Positions 1 through 5,401 of a DNA stretch of 7,268 nucleotides are shown here, piece by piece. The notes below the pieces were generated by a model. It was not told the origin of the DNA, did not search any database, and was given only the letters and a program-made list of their open reading frames with translations. Position numbers and translations under genes: made by a program. Source of the DNA: an uncultured archaeon (lineage in GTDB: Archaea; Iainarchaeota; Iainarchaeia; Iainarchaeales; 0-14-0-20-30-16); the NCBI GenBank assembly GCA_964565125.1, contig CAZMCX010000010.1:1-7268 (forward strand). The letters run 5' to 3'. Position 1 is the stretch's first letter. The number at the start of each line of letters is the position of its first letter.

Positions 1-2
1 CA

Positions 3-464
3 GGAAAATCTCTTGCTGTGTATGATACAAGTGGACCTGGATTCCAATGGGAAGCACAAATAGCTGACACCGAAAATATGGACGATTACTTTGCAGTTTA
101 CTATGTTGTATATTGTGAAGAACAAAATATTGCGACTTTGGGGGGCGGACATACAGTCATGCCTATTGCTTGTGGGCTTGGTACTGGAAAGAAAGGCTCT
201 GCAATAACTATGCAGAAACAAAGTCACTTTTCTTGTAGCCAAGAAGCTTACGGCACAATATCGTTGTTTGATGGTTCAGAATCAGATATAATCCGATTGT
301 ATGGTGCATATAAAGATGGCGGATGTTTGAGGACTATTCCAATAAACTCAGTAGAGTCTAAAGTTTATCCTCCACTAGGAAAAATAGTTCAGGGTACAAT
401 TACCGTAACTGGTGGCTTAAATGGATCCCAGGCAGAGATTTTTGTAACTCAAAGCCCATCATAA
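3..464 (+). CDS. C-terminal fragment of a hypothetical protein; the gene continues beyond the left edge
   Basis: The frame is open from base 3 (GKSLA precedes the GTG at 18 that the ORF track used as start), and the stop is TAA at 462-464. The sequence is Gly/Thr/Cys-containing and looks beta-rich (GTITVTGGLNGSQAEIFV). I recognise no family motif. Confidence 0.6.
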   Translation, partial: GKSLAVYDTSGPGFQWEAQIADTENMDDYFAVYYVVYCEEQNIATLGGGHTVMPIACGLGTGKKGSAITMQKQSHFSCSQEAYGTISLFDGSESDIIRLYGAYKDGGCLRTIPINSVESKVYPPLGKIVQGTITVTGGLNGSQAEIFVTQSPS

Positions 465-552
465 ACATTTAACAACCTTTTCCCTTTTTTTGGGAAACTA
501 AGTTTAAAAAAGATACCTTTTTATACACTATGTTACTAATTTTGATAACAAA
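465..552 (+). repeat. 88-bp direct repeat, copy 1 (R88), directly after the stop codon of the upstream gene
   Basis: Hand alignment at an offset of 1515 nt shows 465-552 identical at 88/88 positions to 1980-2067. Identity breaks at 464/1979 and at 553/2068. Confidence 0.95.
479..497 (+). terminator. Hairpin TTTCCC-T7-GGGAAA; the T7 run is an archaeal-style termination signal for the upstream gene
   Basis: A 6-bp inverted repeat (479-484 / 492-497) flanks a run of seven T (485-491), 15 nt after the stop codon. Oligo-T tracts are the known archaeal terminator signal. Confidence 0.35.
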
Positions 553-610
553 ATGCTACAAAAAGGATGCAGTAGAAAAGAAGGGTTTATATTCTTTTGT
601 ATTATAGTTA

Positions 611-634
611 CCATATAACAAATCTGTTATGTGG
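611..634 (+). promoter_or_regulatory. Near-perfect inverted repeat CCATATAACA-AATC-TGTTATGTGG, a candidate AbiEi-1 operator
   Basis: The arms are complementary at 9 of 10 positions, and the repeat ends 11 nt before the abiEi-1 ATG. The TGTTA/TAACA half-site also occurs as an inverted pair inside R88 (531-535 / 546-550). AbiEi antitoxins are known to autorepress through inverted repeats in their promoters. Confidence 0.3.
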
Positions 635-644
635 TTGATATAAT

Positions 645-1232
645 ATGTCTAGGCAGAATTTATATGATATAAAAGAAAAAGCAATTAATTCAAAACAAAA
701 AGTATTTTCTATAAAAGATTTAGCAACCCTTCTAGGAAAATCTACGAATGTGTCTGGAGTTTATTTTAATAGGTTAATAAAACGGGGTTTGGCATATAAA
801 ATAAAAGACGGGCTGTTATGTTTTGTAAATGATGACAAAGTTATTGCAACAAATATAGTACAGCCATCATATATTTCTCTTAATTCTGCTTTGTATTATT
901 ATGGCCTTATTGAACAGATTCCTCAAACTTATGAAGTAGTATCTACTAGACAAGTAAGATACAAAACGCAGTATAAATATTATGTCATAAATTCAAAGTT
1001 GCTGTTCGGATATACTATGGAAAAAGCAGGCGAGTCATATTTTTTTATTGCAGATCCAGAAAAAGCGTTTTTGGATTTAGTTTATTTTTTTGGTTTCTCA
1101 AAAGCTTATTTTGGGGATATAAAGCAAAAACTAAACCTAAAAAAATTAAAGTCTTATTTAAAAATATATAAATCAATTGGCGGATATCGTGCAAAAAGAG
1201 TGCTAAAATTAGGTGATTATCTTGATAAGTAA
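645..1232 (+). CDS. abiEi: AbiEi-family antitoxin / transcriptional regulator (type IV TA), module 1
   Basis: There is an N-terminal wHTH-like segment (FSIKDLATLLGKSTNVSGVYFNRLIKRGL) followed by PSYISLNSALYYYGLIEQIP, a motif I recognise from AbiEi/COG5340-type proteins. An in-frame TGA at 636-638 fixes the ATG at 645 as the first possible start. The 3' end overlaps the downstream DUF1814 gene by 20 nt. Confidence 0.8.
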   Translation: MSRQNLYDIKEKAINSKQKVFSIKDLATLLGKSTNVSGVYFNRLIKRGLAYKIKDGLLCFVNDDKVIATNIVQPSYISLNSALYYYGLIEQIPQTYEVVSTRQVRYKTQYKYYVINSKLLFGYTMEKAGESYFFIADPEKAFLDLVYFFGFSKAYFGDIKQKLNLKKLKSYLKIYKSIGGYRAKRVLKLGDYLDK

Positions 1233-1980
1233 AAAAGAGCTAGAAGAAGTAGCAAAAATAAGTGGATTGAAATTGTGGCAGCAGGAAAAACACTATTTTC
1301 AAACCCTAATTTTGCAAGCTTTGAAGAATAAAAACCTGATTTTTAAAGGTGGAACATACTTGTGGTTTTTTCATGGTTTGAATCGGTTCTCTGAAGATCT
1401 TGACTTCACAACAATGGGCGATGTGGAACTAGATTTACCAAAGCAAATTGTGTCGTTTTTGAAATATTATGGTGTAAAATCAGATTATTTGGTAGTTTCA
1501 AACAAAAAAGATTCATACTCCTTCAGAGTTGGAATCGAAGGTCCATTATATGACGGAAATCCACGAAGCAAATGTTTTGTGTATGCGGATATTAGTAAAA
1601 GAGAGAAAATATTATTGCCCGCAAAGAATTATGATGTTTTTTTTGCATATTATAATTTGCCCGTATCGATTATTACAGGCTGTGCTTTAGAAGAAGTTTT
1701 TGCAGAAAAAATAAGAGCAATAATGACGAGAAATAAGGCAAGGGACCTATATGATTTGTGGTTTTTAATAAAAAAACAAATAACTTGTAATGTTTCTCAA
1801 ATAAATAAAAAACTGTCTTACTGTAAAGAGTCATTTAATTTAGACAAATTCTTTAAAAGTATTGGTAATCATAAAGCGAATTACAAATTAGAATTAAATA
1901 ATCTTATTTTTGGGAACTTCCCTGAATTCGAAGTTGTTGAAAAAGATATAAAAAATTATTTTCAGGAAGTTTGCAAGTGA
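1213..1980 (+). CDS. abiEii: AbiEii/DUF1814 nucleotidyltransferase toxin, module 1
   Basis: The motifs FKGGTYLWF, RFSEDLDFT, AEKIRAIMTR and ARDLYDLWFL match the conserved AbiEii nucleotidyltransferase motifs (GG, ExDxD, AEK, RDLYD). The start is GTG at 1213 (or TTG at 1222), and both overlap the abiEi-1 stop, suggesting translational coupling. Confidence 0.85.
   Translation: MIILISKKELEEVAKISGLKLWQQEKHYFQTLILQALKNKNLIFKGGTYLWFFHGLNRFSEDLDFTTMGDVELDLPKQIVSFLKYYGVKSDYLVVSNKKDSYSFRVGIEGPLYDGNPRSKCFVYADISKREKILLPAKNYDVFFAYYNLPVSIITGCALEEVFAEKIRAIMTRNKARDLYDLWFLIKKQITCNVSQINKKLSYCKESFNLDKFFKSIGNHKANYKLELNNLIFGNFPEFEVVEKDIKNYFQEVCK
1940..1980 (+). repeat. Conserved 3' tail, copy A (the last 13 codons of abiEii-1, EKDIKNYFQEVCK*)
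   Basis: AAAAAGATATAAAAAATTATTT (1940-1961) is identical to 3391-3412. The alignment resumes with CA and AGTGA after a 1-nt and an 11-nt gap in copy B. Confidence 0.8.
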
Positions 1981-2067
1981 CATTTAACAACCTTTTCCCT
2001 TTTTTTGGGAAACTAAGTTTAAAAAAGATACCTTTTTATACACTATGTTACTAATTTTGATAACAAA
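1980..2067 (+). repeat. 88-bp direct repeat, copy 2 (R88), directly after the abiEii-1 stop codon
   Basis: It is identical to 465-552 at 88/88 positions. It ends 9 nt before the abiEi-2 ATG. Confidence 0.95.
1994..2012 (+). terminator. Hairpin TTTCCC-T7-GGGAAA (copy 2), a possible terminator of module 1
   Basis: This is the same element as 479-497 and lies within R88 copy 2. Confidence 0.35.
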
Positions 2068-2076
2068 GTGATGTAA

Positions 2077-2640
2077 ATGAATGAAATAATTGGGAAAATA
2101 AAATCTTCGGGTATGGCGGCATTTAGAACTAAAGAATTTGCTGTATTGCTTGGTAAGAAAGAATATGCAAGGCAAGTTTTGCATAGGCTTAAAGAAAAAA
2201 ATGAATTAATCTCTATAAAAAAAGGGTGGTGGGCGTTTCCTGATGCAATGCCAGAGGCAGTTGCCTGTGAGTTATTTATGCCTTGTTATATTTCATTTCA
2301 TTCTGCATTGTATTTACACGGATTGACTACCCAAATACCTAAAAAAGTTCAACTAGCAGTTACTAAAAACAGCAGGAGTATAAGTGTTTTTGGGGTGCAG
2401 ATAAAAAAATATAAAATAAAACAAAAAGAATTTAATAGCTTTTGTAAAAAAGATAATTTGTTATTGGCATCTAAAGAAAAAGCTTTTGCGGATGCAGTGA
2501 ATTATCCACGATCTTGCCCAGAAATAGTTTTAAAAGAGGCTATTTCCTGTGTTGAATTAAAACAGGTAAGAACCTATCTTAATAGTGAAGAATCAAGAAG
2601 GAGATTTTTGAGGTTGATAAAATATGTTAACAAGAGATGA
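2077..2640 (+). CDS. abiEi: AbiEi-family antitoxin / transcriptional regulator, module 2
   Basis: There is a wHTH-like N-terminus (FRTKEFAVLLGKKEYARQVLHRLKEKNEL) plus PCYISFHSALYLHGLTTQIP. An in-frame TAA at 2074-2076 fixes the ATG at 2077. It overlaps the downstream toxin gene by 17 nt. By eye it is only roughly a quarter to a third identical to AbiEi-1. Confidence 0.8.
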   Translation: MNEIIGKIKSSGMAAFRTKEFAVLLGKKEYARQVLHRLKEKNELISIKKGWWAFPDAMPEAVACELFMPCYISFHSALYLHGLTTQIPKKVQLAVTKNSRSISVFGVQIKKYKIKQKEFNSFCKKDNLLLASKEKAFADAVNYPRSCPEIVLKEAISCVELKQVRTYLNSEESRRRFLRLIKYVNKR

Positions 2641-3370
2641 ATTAAATAGACTTGGCCCCCCTGGCTTCCATTTAGCACAAAAAGAAAAAGATTATGTTCA
2701 ATATTTAATTTTGTCTTATTTATCTCAGTCTGGCTTTGAAGGAATTTTTAAAGGCGGAACTGCTTTGCAGAAAGCTTTTGGCTTACCAAGGTATTCCGAG
2801 GATTTAGATTTTACTCTTAATAATGTGGCGGAGCCAAATATTGATTCTTTAGTATCTTTTTTGGGGTCTTATGGTTTTGGTAATGTATCTTGGGAAAGAA
2901 GTAAAGGAAATGTGTCATCTAATGTTAGATTAAAATATTATGGTCCTTTATACAATAAAACTGAAATAAGTGCGGGCTATATTACTTTTGATTTTAATAA
3001 TCGGGAGCTAATAAGATTAGACCCCGAAATAGTAGTTATAATTCCGCCATATTTTGATATTTTACCTTATAACCTGAGGGTTATGAACAGAGTAGAAATT
3101 GTTGCAGAAAAGATAAGTGCGATATTTACGAGATCTTCTGCAAGAGATTTATTTGATTTGTATTTCTTGCTTCATCAAGGTATAAAAGTAGATTATAATT
3201 TAGTAAATAAGAAGTTAGAATTCTATAAAATAAAATTTTCAGTGGGTGCGTTTTTGAAGAGGATTACAAATTTAGAAAAAATTTGGAAATCAGAAATATC
3301 TGCCCTTACAAATAATTATTTGGAATTTGACTTCGTATTTACTTTTGTAGAAAAAAATATGAAAAAATAA
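2624..3370 (+). CDS. abiEii: AbiEii/DUF1814 nucleotidyltransferase toxin, module 2
   Basis: The motifs FKGGTALQKAF, RYSEDLDFT, AEKISAIFTR and ARDLFDLYFL are the same four motifs as in module 1. Otherwise the protein is diverged, about one third identical by eye. Confidence 0.85.
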   Translation: MLTRDELNRLGPPGFHLAQKEKDYVQYLILSYLSQSGFEGIFKGGTALQKAFGLPRYSEDLDFTLNNVAEPNIDSLVSFLGSYGFGNVSWERSKGNVSSNVRLKYYGPLYNKTEISAGYITFDFNNRELIRLDPEIVVIIPPYFDILPYNLRVMNRVEIVAEKISAIFTRSSARDLFDLYFLLHQGIKVDYNLVNKKLEFYKIKFSVGAFLKRITNLEKIWKSEISALTNNYLEFDFVFTFVEKNMKK

Positions 3371-3371
3371 A

Positions 3372-3382
3372 GGGGTTTTTTT
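3372..3382 (+). terminator. GGGG-T7 tract directly after the abiEii-2 stop
   Basis: A run of seven T (3376-3382) begins 6 nt after the TAA at 3368-3370, which fits an archaeal oligo-T terminator. Confidence 0.35.
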
Positions 3383-3390
3383 GTGTTCAC

Positions 3391-3419
3391 AAAAAGATAT
3401 AAAAAATTATTTCAAGTGA
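3391..3419 (+). repeat. Conserved 3' tail, copy B: a non-coding relic of an abiEii-1-type C-terminus (reads QKDIKNYFK*) that also carries a TATA-like box for the next gene
   Basis: 29 nt align to 1940-1980 with a net 12-nt (in-frame) deletion. It lies 21 nt after the abiEii-2 stop and in a different frame from abiEii-2. GATATAAAA (3396-3404) is centred about 24 nt upstream of the ATG at 3424. Confidence 0.75.
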
Positions 3420-3423
3420 TATT

Positions 3424-4155
3424 ATGAATAAAAAGTTCCACGAAGAAATGTTTGAACAGGAATTCAAATTTAATTCTTATTTGCAAAAATACCTGCAGAA
3501 AAAAGGCTTGGAGTTTGTAAAGCTTCTGAACGAAGGCAGAAGTGCTTGGATTATTGTTGTAAAACCTAAAAAGCAGATAGAGGGCAAATCCTGTTCTGGT
3601 CAGACAAAAGAAAAGCAAAAGATTAAGTCAAAACAAACCAAAACAAATGAAACAGGATCCCATTTTGCACCCACCCCCCTTTTTACAATCAAACTAGAAA
3701 AGAAAAGAAGCACAAGATCAGAAATGGTGGAAAAAGAAACTAAGTATATGAAACTTGCAAACAAAGCAAAGATGGGTCCTAAGTTTGTAGACTCTAATAT
3801 AAAAGGCAGGTTTATTGTTTATGAATATTTTGATGCTATTCCCCTGATAAATTATTTGGATAAATTTGATAAAACAGAATTTATTGATTTCTTGGGGATA
3901 TTATTTGCACAAGGAAAAAAACTAGATGAACTTGGGTTGGATCATGGCCAGCTTGTGGGAAAAGGAACCAATATTATGGTTCTAAAAAATGGAAAACCGA
4001 TAATTGTAGATTTTGAAAAGTCGTCTAATAATAGAAAAACACATAATGTGAATGTACTTATTTCATACTTTTTCTCTGAGAAATCAAAAGTTGCAGGCAA
4101 AGTAAAAAAAATATTGGGAAAAGATTTTGAAGAAATAAAAAAAGAATTTTTATAA
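3424..4155 (+). CDS. Bud32/RIO-like atypical protein-kinase-fold protein, possibly catalytically degenerate
   Basis: The order of elements matches Bud32/RIO mini-kinases. These are a Gly-loop-like LLNEGRSAWIIVV, a beta3 Lys candidate in FTIKLEK, a hinge-like RFIVYEYFDAIPL, a catalytic-loop-like GLDHGQLVGKGTNIMV (canonical HGDLxxxN) and a metal-binding IIVDFEKS (canonical IDFG/IDFxQ). A Lys/Gln/Thr-rich insertion (about residues 47-85) lies between the first two elements. Confidence 0.55.
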   Translation: MNKKFHEEMFEQEFKFNSYLQKYLQKKGLEFVKLLNEGRSAWIIVVKPKKQIEGKSCSGQTKEKQKIKSKQTKTNETGSHFAPTPLFTIKLEKKRSTRSEMVEKETKYMKLANKAKMGPKFVDSNIKGRFIVYEYFDAIPLINYLDKFDKTEFIDFLGILFAQGKKLDELGLDHGQLVGKGTNIMVLKNGKPIIVDFEKSSNNRKTHNVNVLISYFFSEKSKVAGKVKKILGKDFEEIKKEFL

Positions 4156-4542
4156 AAGTAGAATTAATTCTTTCGTATTAAAAACTAAGATCTGTTTTTG
4201 ATTTTTGAATTCAGAATCATTTGACCATATGGGGAGATTAAACTCTAAAGCCATTGCAAAATATATTATGTCTTTTTCATCATTAATTATGTTCTTTGCT
4301 TCCTTTAAACTATCTTTATATTCTGAAATTGGCAAAAATTTTACTTTTTCTTTTAGCTGGGTAATATAATTTTTAAAATTAATGTTAAATTTTTCCTCTA
4401 TGAGAGAAGAATATTTATTTAGCTCTTTTAAAGCATAATCTGGGGCAATTAATTCTAAATCTTTTTCTTTGATAAGTTTATTAGTCACAGAATCTTTTTT
4501 TGCAATAGAGAAAAGGATATTAGCATCTGCAATGAGTTTCAT
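4150..4542 (-). CDS. vapC: PIN-domain ribonuclease toxin (VapC-like)
   Basis: The N-terminal LIADANIL motif is present, and an acidic quartet sits at PIN-typical spacing (D6, E40, D91, D109; NDEKDIIYFAMA...WSNDSEF). There is a 4-nt ATGA overlap with the upstream antitoxin gene. Confidence 0.75.
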   Translation of the reverse strand: MKLIADANILFSIAKKDSVTNKLIKEKDLELIAPDYALKELNKYSSLIEEKFNINFKNYITQLKEKVKFLPISEYKDSLKEAKNIINDEKDIIYFAMALEFNLPIWSNDSEFKNQKQILVFNTKELILLL

Positions 4543-4790
4543 ATTAGCCCATCCTTTTTTAACTTATTAGCAACACCTTTGTTTAATTTTCGTCCTAATT
4601 CAATAGAGTCTTTTTCTAATTGGCTCTCTTCTTTGATCTTTTTGAGCATTTCTTCTTTCCAAGCAAGTTCTTTGGTTTTTTCTATTATTGCTTTTTTTAC
4701 AAATCCGGACCAGTTTATCTCTGAAAAAGTGTCCATCTGGTCTTTTACTTCTTGTGGAATAGATAGAGTTATCGCAGGCATAATAATCAC
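4539..4790 (-). CDS. vapB: RHH/CopG-like antitoxin (VapB-like)
   Basis: The N-terminal beta-strand plus helix pattern ITLSIPQEVKDQMD...NWSGFVKKAI is typical of ribbon-helix-helix antitoxins, and the C-terminal half is charged. It is 83 aa and is positioned immediately upstream of, and overlapping, the PIN gene. An alternative start lies at 4781. Confidence 0.65.
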   Translation of the reverse strand: MIIMPAITLSIPQEVKDQMDTFSEINWSGFVKKAIIEKTKELAWKEEMLKKIKEESQLEKDSIELGRKLNKGVANKLKKDGLI

Positions 4791-4815
4791 TTATAAATAA
4801 ATAGTTACATAAAAA

Positions 4816-4823
4816 TATTTAAA
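4816..4823 (-). promoter_or_regulatory. TATA-like box (TTTAAATA on the minus strand) for the vapBC operon
   Basis: It is centred about 30 nt upstream of the ATG at 4790, consistent with a near-leaderless transcript. This favours 4790 over 4781 as the start. Confidence 0.3.
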
Positions 4824-4843
4824 CCTTTGTTTTTATTATTGGT

Positions 4844-5341
4844 TTATAGTTCTTTTCTTGAGATTTCTTGGAATACAACTTCTAGATCGTCGCCCACAAT
4901 AGCAAGTAACAAAGTTGTTTTTAGGCCCAGAGACATTCTTACTGCTTTTGTTAATTCAGTTGTATTTATTTTTTGTTTTTCTTTTACTGCCCACACAACA
5001 TATTTTGAGTGGCTTTTGTCTGGACTTTTTCCTTTCGGATAAACTCTGAAATCAAAACCGAATTTTAAGCCGGTTTTTACAACATAGCCTAAAGATCGCA
5101 AATTTTTGAATACTGCAAAATTGTCTAGGATCTCTTTTTTTGATTTTTTTATAATGCTTTCAAAAGTTTCTTTTTTTGATAGTTTAAGAGTCCCGCGTTC
5201 TAAGAAATAAAGAGTTTCATAAATATCTAAAAAGAATGAATTCCCTGTCTTTTCTCCGTAATACTTGCTGATAAGCCAAGATTTGGAGTCATTTTCCGAG
5301 ATTATTGTTTTGTTATTTACAAAAGTTCCCTTTAAATTCAT
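4844..5341 (-). CDS. endA: tRNA-splicing endonuclease (EndA), catalytic-type subunit
   Basis: The C-terminal domain motif is LRSLGYVVKTGLKFGFDFRVYPKG...SHSKYVVWAV...GLKTTLLLAIV. The candidate catalytic triad is Y101/H111/K141, with spacing of 10 and 30 residues that closely matches the M. jannaschii enzyme (Y115/H125/K156). Confidence 0.85.
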   Translation of the reverse strand: MNLKGTFVNNKTIISENDSKSWLISKYYGEKTGNSFFLDIYETLYFLERGTLKLSKKETFESIIKKSKKEILDNFAVFKNLRSLGYVVKTGLKFGFDFRVYPKGKSPDKSHSKYVVWAVKEKQKINTTELTKAVRMSLGLKTTLLLAIVGDDLEVVFQEISRKEL

Positions 5342-5361
5342 ACTATAATACAGAAAGAGTA

Positions 5362-5369
5362 TAATTAAA
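5362..5369 (-). promoter_or_regulatory. TATA-like box (TTTAATTA on the minus strand) for endA
   Basis: It is centred about 25 nt upstream of the endA ATG (5341), which is the geometry expected for a leaderless archaeal transcript. Confidence 0.35.
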
Positions 5370-5401
5370 TATTTTGTCTTTTTAGGTGGGCCTTAATTAT
5401 T

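Noticed and set aside
635-644. TTGATATAAT, which looks like a bacterial extended -10 box.
   Set aside because: It abuts the abiEi-1 ATG directly, leaving no room for a transcript start and ribosome binding site. The gene content also indicates an archaeal host with TATA/BRE promoters.
1984-2184. A 66-aa minus-strand ORF spanning R88 copy 2 and the 5' end of abiEi-2.
   Set aside because: It is antisense to a well-supported gene and to the repeat. Its sequence is low-complexity Phe/Lys/Ser-rich, typical of shadow ORFs in AT-rich DNA, and it has no recognisable motif.
465-3419. Simple recent tandem duplication as the explanation for the two AbiE modules.
   Set aside because: The ends are identical (88/88, and a 22-nt core plus flanks), but the coding interiors are diverged to motif-level similarity only. 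A plain duplication would show comparable divergence throughout.
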